Notes: generated by a model not told the origin, from the sequence alone. Counted from the whole stretch's first letter, positions 50,875 to 62,992 are shown. The stretch is 62,992 bases of DNA, filler included, from Rhabdomonas costata (GCA_019059605.1; 53 parts of 53 records of this genome joined end to end with filler, not necessarily neighbours in it), one strand, 5' to 3'. Translations and numbers: made by a program.

Positions 50875-51048
50875 CTTGAACTCATTATAGCTGAATGTCC
50901 CATCGCCGTCCAGGTCCACCGCTGCGGCAAAGGGGCGGAGGTCGTTCAGGCTAAACTGCTTTCCCCACTGCGCCAACCTCGCCATCCCCACCCCCCCGCT
51001 GCCGTCCTCTAGCCCCCCTAGCGCCACAAAGCTGTCCAGCACACTGGC
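50875..51048 (-). CDS. EF-hand protein exon
   Basis: ctgcag|...VDLDGDGTFSYNEFK|gtgg, a canonical EF-hand loop. Confidence 0.8.
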
Positions 51049-51300
51049 CTGCAGGTCAAAGGGGCAGTCCGACAGGGGAGGGGCGCGGTANNNNNNNNNN
51101 NNNNNNNNNNNNNNNNNNNNNNNNNNNNNNNNNNTTAATTAATTAANNNNNNNNNNNNNNNNNNNNNNNNNNNNNNNNNNNNNNNNNNNNTGTGGTGGGG
51201 GGGAGGAGCATATCCTCTTCCACCACGAAATGCTCCTCCCCCCCTACCAAACGCCGGTCTCCTCTCTGGCGAGGGGGTTCGAGTTGCGTTCACCTGCATC

Positions 51301-52270
51301 TCAGTGGGCGGTGAACATCACCGCTCTTGCTGGGACTGTGGCCGCCAAAGTTGGTGGTGCTGACACCGCAAACAATCCAGCACTCCGGCTCACAGTCGCT
51401 GAACTTGACCCCCCTCCGAACACATGTCGATGGGGCACATTTACCGATTCACCTTTATCTCCCGAAGTCAGAAACGCTGTGCTTCCAGAAAACGGTGTAT
51501 ATCCGTAACATATAGCATCTAAATCCATAGAAGAGCCACCAGCTGCGACAGTTCTGTGTAGCTGACCTTCCGGAACTGCCAATATAACTTGGGGCGGGGG
51601 TCTTGGTTTCCGAAAATACTCCCACGCTAATTCCATGACATCGTGCAGCGTCCGCGGGTGCTTGGACATCAATTTAGCTTGTATATCTCTTTCCAAGCCT
51701 CGAATGAACAAATACTGCTGCAACGGCTCGTTGTCAAACATCGTGCCATTTAGCAGGTTGATTCCCGTCACAAACTGCTGGTGGTAGAACTGGAAATTCC
51801 CGTCCGTCATCTTTAGCTGTTCCAGCCTCCACACTACGTTGTAATCCCAAGTCTGATGACACAGCCTTTTCTTTAGCGTTTCCACAAAATCTTTCCAGTC
51901 CACAAAGGTCTGGCCTGGCGCCACTATACCTTTTGCGAAGGAGCCGAGTGCTCCCGTGGCGTAAACTATAGCAACTTGATCTGGCAACCTCCGGACATCT
52001 TTTAGCTCTTCGACGCTAATCAACCAAGGCAAGAAATTGGCTGCGTTCCCGTCGTATTTTGGGAACTACGGGTCTTTTTCTTGAAGCTTCCGCAACACGC
52101 CTCCAATTGGGTCTGTCTGTCCAGCTGCCGCCGCTGGTGCTGGTGCAGAGGAACTGCTCGGCAATCCTGCAGTCACCCTCTGCAGTAACTCTTGCGTCAG
52201 CTGATGATTCGCACGCTGCTGTTGCTCCATCTGCTGGAAGAAGGACACCATCTATACCAAAAACGTGGCC
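51301..52270 (-). mobile_element. LTR retrotransposon gag (Ty3/gypsy-type capsid) with an in-frame TAG at 52066-52068
   Basis: Intronless. PKYDG...FLPWL, W.DF...LKKR, LEQLKM, YHQQF, FIRGL..DI, PRTLHDVMELA and MDLDAI are typical retrotransposon gag motifs. ORFs 52066-52251 and 51301-52032 share one frame. Confidence 0.85.
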
Positions 52271-52751
52271 TCCAATGGCTGNNNNNNNNNNNNNNNNNNN
52301 NNNNNNNNNNNNNNNNNNNNNNNNNTTAATTAATTAANNNNNNNNNNNNNNNNNNNNNNNNNNNNNNNNNNNNNNNNNNNNCACATTTTTGTACGTGCTT
52401 CCGAACTGCGAGACATTTGACCGAAAAACGTTGAGTATATTGCCAACAAGAAGGCGGTTGAGGACAGCAATAAGCGAAGACCAGCAGCTGGGTGAACCAG
52501 CATCAAAAATAATCTCGAAGATAACCACACGCACACGCCACCACAAAAGGCAGCGCGAACTAACTCGTACCTTGGGCTCTGGAGAGGGCCATCGGGCCAA
52601 TCGGATCTGTTTTTTTATCTTCGGATCTTTTTCCAGCAATGACATGACCGGATCCCTACGAATCGATTAGACGACGCTAACGAATGATCTGGCCAGTTGC
52701 TCACCCCCTGCAACCCACGGCCCCTCACCCTATGACCTCGCCTCCGCACAG

Positions 52752-52951
52752 CGTACCTCCCGGAGATTCCCGCGGGCAGTGTGCTGCTGTCGACGGACGT
52801 GGACATCTGGCCGATCAACCCCGGGCTGTTCGCGTTTGCCCGCCCTCAGCTCACTCGGGTCAGGGTGGTCGACGCCTTCGCGTTCTCCGCGTTTGTAGTG
52901 CAGTACCGCACCGCGGCCAACGGGCAGCCCTACAAGTGCGTTGCGCAGTGG
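52752..52951 (+). CDS. Exon with DxD motif, possible GT-A glycosyltransferase-like protein
   Basis: cacag|...VLLSTDVDIWPINP, a hydrophobic strand followed by DVD, GC3-rich. Confidence 0.4.
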
Positions 52952-53704
52952 GTGGTGGGATGTGTGAGGGAGGGATCCCGGCCCATGGCACCAAATGGGG
53001 TCCCGTGTCTCTCGGTAGCATGCCCTGCTGTCGAGTTTCACCCTCAGCGACCGAATCTCCCACAGCTCGGCCTCGAAGTAGTGAATGTTTCCAATTGCGG
53101 AGTGCGCAAGTGGTTTTTTGTGACGTTCAATTGGTTCATGGAAAAGTGGGAAGTGAGGTTCACTGCATTTTAGGAAAGCTCGCCACTGCGAACGTTGATG
53201 GAAATCCTCTCCCCATTATCATCACTCACCTCTCTTTGCGCTTTGTTTTTTCCTGTCGTTCCACGTCCGCCACCACAGTGGTGATGGGGAACTGCAGGTA
53301 CCGCCGCCCGACAATATCTGTGCTGTGCCGATGCACGCTCTTGAAGTACCTGTGCCACAAGGGAGCGCGGTTGTTAGCCGATGCTATGGGACAGCACCTC
53401 ACCTCTCCACCGACAACCGATGCCAACGAAAGTGGAACGACAGGAAAAAACAAAAACAAAAACAAACAACANNNNNNNNNNNNNNNNNNNNNNNNNNNNN
53501 NNNNNNNNNNNNNNNTTAATTAATTAANNNNNNNNNNNNNNNNNNNNNNNNNNNNNNNNNNNNNNNNNNNNGTGTGTGTGGGCGAATCCCGGAAACCACC
53601 ACTTTCAAAATTACCGCTCACACTCGAAAAGGCCGGCCAATGAGGAACATTGCCACCACTTTCCCAAGGGTCAGTGTTAGCGGTCGATTTGGGGATTCAC
53701 CTAC

Positions 53705-54214
53705 CTGCACCACAACGTAGTCCAAGCCGTCCCCGGAGAGAATGTCTGAGGCAATGAAGTACTCCCGCCCGTCCCCCAGCCTGGTTCGAAGGTTGGCCAT
53801 GCCGTACCCCCCGGGCAGCTTGCTCAGCACCATTGCGCTGTCCCGCACCACCAGGTCGTCGCTCTGCATCGGGGACATCGGCTCCGGGCGCGACCCCACA
53901 AGGAAGCTCACCACGCCCTGGCTGGAAGCCAGCAAGTAGCCGTGCCCCGAGCGCTCCACGACGTACAGCCGCTGCCCCTCGCTGAGGTTCACCCGGAGCT
54001 GCTCCGAGAACTCATCCGTGCGCACTCCGTTGGCGAACACCACCAAGGGGGTGGTGTTGGGGGCGTTCTTGCGGATCGCGATTGTAGCCAGGAGGTAGGG
54101 AACCGAGGAGGCCTCGCTGTAGTACACCGGCTCGAAGAGCGCCTCGTCCAGCCGGGCGTTGGTGAACCACGGCAGGCCCACGGTCTGGTAGGCCGTGGAG
54201 GTGGGAGGCAAAAC
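53705..54214 (-). CDS. Cache-like extracellular sensor domain exon (receptor cyclase/kinase type)
   Basis: PWF...FEPVY...LYVVERSG.GYLLASS...GLDYVVV pattern resembles dCache domains. cag/gtaggt boundaries. Confidence 0.6.
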
Positions 54215-54881
54215 CTGGAAGTGTTTATGTTTCGAGGTCTGCAAAGACATCCAAATGGCAGGGAAAGAAAATTACCAGAACATAGCGTTGCCAATGCATA
54301 CAACACAACGGGATAGTGCAGAATATAAGACGAGACCAAAAACAACTGAGGAAAAAAGCCCTGCAATGCTTTCTTTTCGCGCAGAGAAAAAATGAGACAG
54401 GGGCATGTAATGAAGAGGCACACAGCGCAGGGCGAAAGGGAAACCGTAGCTTTGTCGAACGTGCACGGAAACTCAGCAACCTGAACATACCCAAAATTGA
54501 GAGCAGCGATGGGCGGAAGAAGTCACAGCAAAATATCATTCTCCTGCAAAAGGAACGGCTTCACACAGGATCGCAGATGCCCTAACCGGTTCCCGTGATC
54601 AACCCTGCCCAACCCCTCCTTTCATGAATGAATCTACTCAGGATCCTTCGATGAGAAGACTNNNNNNNNNNNNNNNNNNNNNNNNNNNNNNNNNNNNNNN
54701 NNNNNTTAATTAATTAANNNNNNNNNNNNNNNNNNNNNNNNNNNNNNNNNNNNNNNNNNNNGGTGTTTGGTGCCTGCAAAATAATATTTTCATTATCTAT
54801 CCCGTGATCCTGCAGAGTTTTTATACTAGGTAGCTGATGAATCTGTTTGATTGTAGTTTGATTGTGTGGCTTGTCTCCCAG

Positions 54882-55847
54882 GCGGCTGAGCTGGAGGCCC
54901 TGAGGATTGAGGTGAAGAAGATGGAGAAGAGGCACGAGAAGACCCTGGCCGAGAAGGACGCCCAACTCGATGACGTGCTGAAGAAGTACAAGGCAGAGGA
55001 GAGGAAGCGGCGGCAGCTTTTCAATGAGCTGCAGGAGCTCCGGGGCAACCTCCGCGTGTATTGCCGTTGCAAGCCTCCGGTAGTTCGCGGCAGATTCTTG
55101 GCCCCCCCCCCCACATACATACCTACACTTTTGCACGTTTGTCCTTCGTAGAAGCGATTTTACTGGTAAGGGGGTGCGTTGACCCTTGAACGGTTGGGAT
55201 ATATATGATTCGGATGGTTTGGAAATTGCTAAGGCAAAGTTCATTCGGACGACGGTGGCCGGAGCGTGGGGCTGAGATGGGACGCTCAGGGGGAGGCATG
55301 AACGCTTGAGCAACGTCACGCACCCAGCTGCGATAAAAACGAACAAGGCATTTGCTTTATGTTCGTTTTTATTGATGCCAGCCCTCCTTAAATGAAGTTG
55401 GCTTGACGCTTGTCATCGCCCCATGCGGTTCCCTTAGCCCCATAATAAAGGAAAGGTTTGCTCTTCGAATACAGCGTATTTGTCTCAGCATCCAGTCATA
55501 TTTGGCAACTGTTGCTTCGTGACCCTTGTTTGTCAAACATTTGTTGGATTCTTGCTGAGCCCGTAGATTAGGTCTGTGGTCTTCGCACCACTCTGCGCTA
55601 CGTCTGTCCGTTCCCCAGGCAGCCGCAATGCACACTGTCGTGCAAGGCATCCATGGGCACAGCTTTGGAGCACAAGTTGTTTCTACTTGCGCTCAGGACG
55701 AGGGCCTGCAGGTTGCCGTGCAGGTGGAGGACGGCCTGGTGGTGAACGTCCGGGACGAAGAGAGTGGAAAGGCCCACACCTTCGAGTTCGACGCCTCGTT
55801 CGGGCCCTACTCTACTCAGGAAGAGATCTTCGCGGATGTCAAGCCCC
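54882..55847 (+). CDS. Kinesin-14 (C-terminal motor) neck and motor start, exons 54882-55079 and 55697->55847
   Basis: Coiled coil then RRQLFNELQELRGNLRVYCRCKP neck motif, spliced in frame to ...HTFEFDASFGPYSTQEEIFADVKP. Confidence 0.9.
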
Positions 55848-56404
55848 CCACNNNNNNNNNNNNNNNNNNNNNNNNNNNNNNNNNNNNNNNNNNNNTTAAT
55901 TAATTAANNNNNNNNNNNNNNNNNNNNNNNNNNNNNNNNNNNNNNNNNNNNTTTGTTCCGGTGGACCTTATGCTGCGCGGTGCGTGAGCTGGAAGCCGTT
56001 TGTGTGTGGTCACCATTTGGTCACCACATAAAGAAGAAGGTCCAATATGGTTTTTTCGCACGGTGCTTCTTCCGGACCAAAAAATCCTCCAGCTGCTGGT
56101 TTAAACAATGTTACGAACAACAGGGTGTTCTCAGAAGGGTTTGAGTTGGTTAGAAGGAAACGAAAGCAGACATTTACTTTTCTGTGCTGTACTCGTGTTC
56201 TCCCAAACCACAGCTGTCCTTAAGGTTTCAAGTGAAGCTTCGGTGTCAGCAGATGTGGCTCTGCGACTGCAGCCAATACTTCCGTGAATGCTGGTGATCC
56301 GCGCCATCCGTCTCACTCACAGGCCGGTTATTTCCATTACTGTCAGAACATTACTCTCCCCTCCATCGCGTCGTCCACTCCGACACTCGCAGCGCGGCGC
56401 CAAA

Positions 56405-56721
56405 ATGAAGCCATCGCTTCTTTCTCTCCTGTTGTTCTTTGCGGCAAGCCACAGTGCCCACGCTCTGGTCCACCACCGCAGCCCCGTCGATGGCTTCCAC
56501 CCCGTTGCCCTTGAGGATAATGACGAGCTTCGGGTTGTGCTGCAGGCCAACCCCTCCACAGGGTACTCCTGGGAGGCTCACTTCAACGACAAGGTTCTGG
56601 CATTGAAGAGCTTGTCGTGCATCTACCCCAGCTCCTCGGGAAACATGGTGGGCCAGCCCTGTGAAATGGAGCTGTGGTTTGTCGGGTTGGCGGCACACCA
56701 GAAGGACAACATCACCTTGCG
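56405..56721 (+). CDS. Chagasin-family (I42) cysteine peptidase inhibitor with signal peptide, first exon
   Basis: Hydrophobic N-terminus, LQANPSTGYSW (NPxTGYxW loop) and GNMVGQP (xxVGxG-like loop). gtgtgc donor. Confidence 0.85.
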
Positions 56722-57379
56722 GTGTGCGTGTGCATCTCTACGTTTCAGGCAACGAAGAATTGGAGCGCTGCTTGCTTTCTCTCTTTTCGAGTTGCCCACG
56801 TCCAACCTGGAAACCTGACGGCCTCGGAGGGAGAAGGTGCACCACCGGCGCCGTTGTGGCAGGTGTGATTTACCGCAGCTGTGACATGGAAAAGCTGAGC
56901 GGGCATTATATGGATTTAAGAAGCAGAGAGGAGGGCAGCTAGAGAAGCGAAAATTCAGCGGTATAGCCGAAAATGGGTGCTCAAAAGCGGAGGCCCCAAT
57001 AACGCCCTGCCGGCACGCGGTTTAAACCGTCACACCACAACNNNNNNNNNNNNNNNNNNNNNNNNNNNNNNNNNNNNNNNNNNNNTTAATTAATTAANNN
57101 NNNNNNNNNNNNNNNNNNNNNNNNNNNNNNNNNNNNNNNNNGGTGTGGTTGCACGAGCTCGCGGAAGTTTTTTGTCGTCCATCTGATGTAAATCTCTTTT
57201 TTTTTGTTGTTGTAAAGGGAGGGGTTCTGATAGGTTTATCCGTGGGTTACTCCAGTCATCTTGGCAGGTGGCCACCATCACCGGAATTTCTTTCTTCCGA
57301 CACAACATCATGCATCATGTTAGCACGCGTGTGGCATGTATTGCGCCTGTTGTGTGCCTCCTTTGGCCCGATCTCGCAG

Positions 57380-58186
57380 CTCTTTCTGGGGGCCCGCGAG
57401 GAAGAGGCCCGGAGGGAGATGGCCCGTGACGTCAGCGACTACCGCCAAACCTACCAGAAGAAGGAAGGAGCTCGGGTGTGCATAGAAACTTCTATTTCTG
57501 CCATCCCACAAAAAGAGACACCTGTCCTCTATGTTTGTGCGATGTTTGTAGACCGTGACGACAATTACCTTTTTTTGGTGTTATCCACAGCTTTTTGCCC
57601 CTCGCAGCGGAGCGTTTTACGACAGCACCCACAGCGTATTTACAAAAGAACGTCCCACCCCTCACCCCACGCCGAACTGGAGCCAGGCAAATATCTGCAG
57701 GCCGCCTGAGCCCCCCAAACTCACTCAGTTTGAAGAACCAGGGGCAGCGTGGCAACCCCTCCAGGTGATCTCCCCAGATATCTCGCACCGAACCGGAAAT
57801 GTCGCTGTGTGGGTTTGTCTGGTTCCTTACACCCGCTCCTGTGTTTCTATGGCATGCAGAACAGGACTGCTGACAGCAGCGTAGGAAGGATTTTGAACTT
57901 TTCACAGGAGTGGGACCTGAACGACCCTGCCCGGGTTCGCGGTGGGCTGCCCGCCCGTGTGGGCGACGCCGACCCCCGCTGCGGGGCCTCCTCTATGCAG
58001 CGCTTTTACGGAGAGGTGTGTGGTCTCCTCTCTTATCTCTGTGCTTGTATTGTCACCGGTTTGTCGCGTGATTGGAATTAGAGCATTAGTAGAAGAAATA
58101 ATCCCCCCTTTCTCAATTCTATTTGCAGGACCTGGATGCCCCAGACCGCAAAAGGCGCCAGCAAGAGCAGATGCGGAAGTGGCTTG
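57380..58186 (+). CDS. RIB43A: RIB43A flagellar protofilament ribbon protein, exons 57380-57475, 57908-58015, 58129->58186
   Basis: Spliced ...R|EWDLNDPARVRGGLPARVGDADPRCGASSMQRFYGE|DL...RQQEQMRKWL matches the RIB43A core. All introns are GT-AG. Confidence 0.85.
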
Positions 58187-60711
58187 AGAAAGGGGGGATT
58201 ATTTCTTCTACTAATGCTCTAATTCCAACCANNNNNNNNNNNNNNNNNNNNNNNNNNNNNNNNNNNNNNNNNNNNTTAATTAATTAANNNNNNNNNNNNN
58301 NNNNNNNNNNNNNNNNNNNNNNNNNNNNNNNGGGGTTGGGGGGTCCACCGCATGTGGAACGTTCGGCGGTGAGCCGGTATCCCACGGCACCGTTGGTACC
58401 TCTCGCGAGCACCCGTTTGGCCAACAGTGCGTGCCCCCGTCAACCAACAGCCAACCAGGCAGCAGCCAGACAGGCACAGCCAGTACGCTGTGCAGCAGCG
58501 GCAGGGCGATATGAGTTTCGCGTGAGCCATGCGTGACCCGCGGCCATGCCACACACACACACGAATACAGACAGCACGCAGGGAACTGATGGCAGTTGGG
58601 GTCCGATGACGGGAGGATGGGAGGGCGATTGCAAAAAAGAATCGATTCCACTAACCAGAGGTTAAGAAGTTATGTCTACTTCAGTGCTTGGGTGCTGCAT
58701 GGAAAATCAGGCGCAAAAGGTGGCACACCCAGTCACTGGTGTGAAGACAGCGCTGCAGCGCAGCGCAGCGCCGACGTTGATCACGTACGTATTACAGCGG
58801 TAGAGGAGAAGCGGCATTTCTGCCTCAGTCAAAGTGTCTCCTCACTTGTCCAGTTCACTCACCCAAGGGCATCTGCGCCTCCTTCTGCTGGCGACCATCA
58901 TTACAGAGACGGCCGAATGATCGGATGCCTTTGCCACCGTAGCCAAAGGGGTAATATATCCGCTCAGTTCTGGAGCTCTGCGCGGCGTTCTTTGCACCCC
59001 AGGCTTGCGCCACGGGGGAACTGCCCGTGGGAAAAACACACCAGTGGCAGGCGGGTGGCGGCAAGGCGTGTAAGTGCCGGCCTGTGTTCAAGCCGGGGCC
59101 TTTCCCCCGGTGGGCCCAGAGTCCTTCTGGGGGCTCCCGCGGGTGGGTGCGCTGGGCCGTAGCAAGGGGAGGCGCTCCTTCACCCACAGGCAGGTCATTC
59201 CTATCGAAAAATACCCCAACAACCAAAAAGCTGTCATCCCTCTCTGAGACAACACCAATAACGGAAACCAATACAAAGGGTTCATTCTATGACAACACCA
59301 ACCTAGAAGAACTTTGCCCTATCCAACACCAACGGCTCTGATCAGGTTGTGAAACAGAAAGGGGGGGGGGCATACCGGTTTTCAGCCCGCGCTTCCACGA
59401 GTAAAACAACACACCACCACANNNNNNNNNNNNNNNNNNNNNNNNNNNNNNNNNNNNNNNNNNNNTTAATTAATTAANNNNNNNNNNNNNNNNNNNNNNN
59501 NNNNNNNNNNNNNNNNNNNNNTGTTGATCACGCGCTTAGAATAATCACCACCTCGCAAAGTGCGGGCCATCCTCAACACATCATTTCCCCAGAAATCTGT
59601 TGACCCTCCTGTCACTTCTCGAGAAAAAATGTCAGCTTACCGATTCACCCTTTCCGGGGCCCGCTTCCATATCGGGGAAGAAGTCTCAAGCACAAATTGG
59701 AGCACCAACCATGAAGAGCCATCCACACTATCCTTTAGCCAAAATACCGCAGGAGAAGAAACGCCGGTGGGGGCACCGGAGGACGACACCACAGTGGAAG
59801 CCATCCAGGAAGCTATTTCTCCGCTGTACACCACACGGGTTGTCCAACCCAACAAAGAGGTGACAACGTATATTTACAGCAGTGAGGAAAAAAGACAGGA
59901 ATTCGCCACACATTAATACCTAAACGCGAGGGGACCGCCCGCCATCGAAAAAAACAAACGAAAAGGCGAATGGAAACACAACAGAGACGTGTGCAAAGGG
60001 CTCTCCTCTGGCCTTCTGCAAAACAGCAGAAAACGTGGCAGCCCGACCGGCACGGAAAAACACACCACTGGATTCTCTAATCAGTGATGAAGAACCCACA
60101 GCGACCCACATAAACAAAGGGAAAGCCCAAAGCTTGGGACTTTACCCATCCCACTTAACGCGCTGCGGTACTAGGTCCTGCTCCATGCTGAGATGAAGGC
60201 TCAAATTTAGCACGCTCATGGAGGTGTCGGTTTCGGCGGAGGGCGCCGGAACGGGCAACACACCGGGAGACTTGAAGGTGGAGCTTGGCTGACAACAGAT
60301 GCAATACCGCAGCCTTACAAATTTCGGAACCACGAGGTGGAAAGAAGAACGATCCTATTAGCATTCTTGGATGTTATCAAAGTCAAATCTGCCAGTATTC
60401 TCGACTGCTCATGAGACAGCAAGGCATCTGAACAATCCCGTTTCCTTAGAATAGGGGTCAAGAAAAAAACACAACAGGCCCACCTCTTTTCCTTCACCAC
60501 ATTGGTGCAAAGGGGTAATCCAACAACGGGCAAGGTGACTCGGAGTCTAGCGACTTTTAGCGATGCATAAAATAACAAAAAAATGGGACGCATTTCCAAA
60601 CAGATGATCAGNNNNNNNNNNNNNNNNNNNNNNNNNNNNNNNNNNNNNNNNNNNNTTAATTAATTAANNNNNNNNNNNNNNNNNNNNNNNNNNNNNNNNN
60701 NNNNNNNNNNN

Positions 60712-60963
60712 TTTTAGGCGGGCCCGCACCGCATCCCAGTCGTGGTTCTTTAGCCCAGGCTGGTTGTGGTGGTACGGTAAGGGCTCAGTCACCAAAGGCT
60801 CAATGGGAATGGGTTGTGCCCGGGTAAGGTATTTGCAGAAGGGCTCGGGAGAGGCAGCAGTAGCAGACTGGGAAAGCACAAAGCCCTTCTCTGCAGGAGC
60901 AGCCTCGGGGAAGCCACACACCACGCTGAGGCTCCACGCAAAACCAAGTGCCCAGCACCACAT
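60712..60963 (-). CDS. 5' end of a predicted secreted protein
   Basis: MWCWALGFAWSLSVVCG signal-like N-terminus, frame open to contig end. Confidence 0.4.
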
Positions 60964-61524
60964 CTTATCCAAAACCGTAGAAGGGGCCACTCTCGACTTC
61001 AGAACGACATGGCGAACTACCCAAAATTACAGCAATAAGAACAAAAAACGGGAGGCAGCGGAAGTACAGCCGCTGGAAAAAAACGGGGTCATGCCCTATA
61101 CCACGAAACGGGAAAATGATGAGTTGGAGCAGCCACCACAGAAGTAGACAGGGGTTGATCTTCACTCCTAATAGAAGAAGTATATCCACCATCAACGTTC
61201 GGGTTGGCAGCCGTGAGAGTGTAAATGGAGTGGCCACAGTTTATTTCAACAAAGGATTTAAATGCGTCTGTAATATGTAATTATAGTCAGGGGGTCTGTA
61301 ACTTTTTTTTTTTGCAAACGAGGTATCCTCCCCTTTTTATTCCTCAAGGGGGGTCAGAGTCAACATGGAAGCCGTTTCCCATCAACGATTACTGTCTACC
61401 ATGGCAAAGGCAGAGGCCATTTCATTCCCCTCTTCTCGAAACCATAAGCAGCTAATGTGCGAAAGTTGACAAGGCGGAACCTATAGTACAGCAAAGCCCG
61501 CACTGAATGTCTCGAGAGGGCCTG

Positions 61525-61670
61525 CTAGGACGGCTGTAACCTGAGACGGGGTACAATGTTCATCGCAATCAGCTCCTGAAACAGGAGCTTGCAGGCGTAC
61601 GGAAGCTTCACCTGAGTAACCTGCTCGCGGCTCTTGCAGTGCTGGCACCAACCCAGGTACCCCATAAACC
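61525..61670 (-). CDS. RPC2: RNA polymerase III second-largest subunit, terminal exon
   Basis: [14 protein letters not shown]...[23 protein letters not shown]. The compact GYxGWCxxCKS zinc loop is RPC2-like rather than RPB2-like. Confidence 0.85.
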
Positions 61671-62193
61671 CTGTTTTTGTGGTAGCGCAAACCCATAAAG
61701 AAGTATTACGATGTGAACAAGAGGAGCAATGGGTGCGCTCTTGGCTTCGGCTATTGAAAAACGCACTCTCCTTTTTGAGACCACCATACAATCACCAGCC
61801 CNNNNNNNNNNNNNNNNNNNNNNNNNNNNNNNNNNNNNNNNNNNNTTAATTAATTAANNNNNNNNNNNNNNNNNNNNNNNNNNNNNNNNNNNNNNNNNNN
61901 NTCTCCTTGCCACCTGCTTATGTATTTGTCGTGCTGATCAGTCTCATGGAGTAGCCCTCCGTTCTTTGCACTAAATGCATAGAGACCACTGTTTGCATCG
62001 GCTATGGCTGTGTCTGTTTCTATTCCGATGTTTAAGTCCACCCCACCCGAAAAAAAGTGAAATTGTCCCATGATGTGTTTGTGTGTGTCACTATAAGAGG
62101 CCATTTTGTATTTTGTGTGATTGGGTGCGGCCCCCGTCATCAACACGCCGATTCCAGGTTTGCACCATTTGTGTCTGTTTTGTTTTTGTGCAG

Positions 62194-62331
62194 GATTCCT
62201 CGGGACGCACCCCTTTCGACATTGCGGTGGAGCAGGCAAAAAATCTGTTGAAGTGGCGGCACGCCCCCCCGGCGACCGCTGAGTTGGTGAAGGCCCTTCG
62301 GGAGTCGGGGGTGGCGGTGTACGCCGTGGAG
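62194..62331 (+). CDS. Ankyrin-like exon
   Basis: tttttgtgcag|DSSGRTPFDIAVEQAK...|gtcacc. Confidence 0.55.
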
Positions 62332-62992
62332 GTCACCCTGCATCCCTCTCTCTTTCTTTCTATTCTGTCTCTCTCCTCCCATTTCCGTTTCCACGCACAT
62401 TTCCTCTCTGAACAACTGGCCACCCCCTTCCGTCGAAACTGCGAACACTGAACGGAAAAATGTCGTAACTTCTAAAAGTGGGGGCTATTACGCAGTGCCT
62501 TGGAAACCAGAAGGTGTAGGTCTAGTTCTGCGGCATGGCGGCGGCGTAGAGGCAACAGAAAGAAAGGGAGCAACTTAGATCAACAAGAACGCCTAACCTC
62601 ATAGGTTTTTACCAATCTCCTGAAACGCTGCGTGGCCGGTCCTTGCACCCTCAGGCCGAAACCCACCCGTGCCTCTTGGCGGCTCTTCCTTTTTTATGTT
62701 GTGTGGCTTGTTTCCCCATCGCAGCAGCGGAGGGTTTATCGACGGCATCCGCAACGTATGTACAAAAAATCCACCCACCTGTATACCCGCTGAGAGGGGG
62801 CCAGAAATATGGCTCTCCCCCGCCCGTTGCCTGCCAAAATCACACGGTTGATACTGCGGTGGTTGGCGCCCTTGTCACCACCTGCCCGCGCCACGTGGTG
62901 CTTTGGGTTTTGGGTAACTGGCTGTTTCCTCACTGGCCCATGGTCGTCGACTCGCCTTAAAGAGCCTTTGCTCATGCGAGTTCAACATCGAT

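Noticed and set aside
52066-52068. Alternative genetic code (stop reassignment)
   Set aside because: Conserved host exons contain no in-frame stops, and TAG and TGA terminate genes at the expected C-termini (RPC2, MCM3-like, REC domain).
58072-58231. Long perfect inverted repeats as MITEs, hairpin telomeres or miRNA precursors (also 1192-1234, 3316-3474, 3575-3658, 7940-8238, 10722-10895, 39070-39186)
   Set aside because: One arm always runs to the contig end and terminates in primer-like sequence. Here the second arm cuts into a conserved RIB43A exon, as expected for WGA fold-back chimeras.
1-62992. Operon or gene-cluster interpretation of neighbouring genes, and most of the short six-frame ORFs
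   Set aside because: Contigs appear size-sorted and unlinked. Most listed ORFs are antisense shadows of GC-rich exons or run through introns.

Overview
This is not a contiguous locus. It is a pseudo-scaffold of 53 unrelated ~1.09 kb contigs joined by an artificial 100-nt linker (N44-TTAATTAATTAA-N44, stops in all six frames). Most contigs start with G/T-only and end with A/C-only tails, and eight carry fold-back inverted repeats running to a contig end, which points to primer-based single-cell whole-genome amplification. Most contigs are intron-rich nuclear DNA of a flagellated protist, with short GC3-rich exons and GT-AG introns whose donors are often GTG(C/T)G. I infer Euglenozoa, probably a euglenid, from these donors, several class III nucleotide-cyclase/receptor fragments and acceptor-like AGs just upstream of start codons. 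Recognisable exons: RNA polymerase III RPC2 C-terminus, RIB43A, kinesin-14, MCM3-like C-terminus, COQ10, gluconokinase, PDI/thioredoxin, F-box/WD40, ankyrins, EF-hands, a receiver domain, a chagasin-family inhibitor, a USP-like protease and a helical-repeat protein. Transposon remnants include Merlin-like pieces, a Ty3/gypsy-type gag and a possible DIRS-type recombinase. The standout is one very AT-rich, intronless contig (46427-47517) encoding the C-terminal part of a giant-virus (Mimiviridae-like) poly(A) polymerase followed by a 3' hairpin, i.e. a candidate giant virus or endogenous viral element associated with this cell. No synteny can be inferred across linkers. All family calls come from motif recognition by eye, not from database searches.
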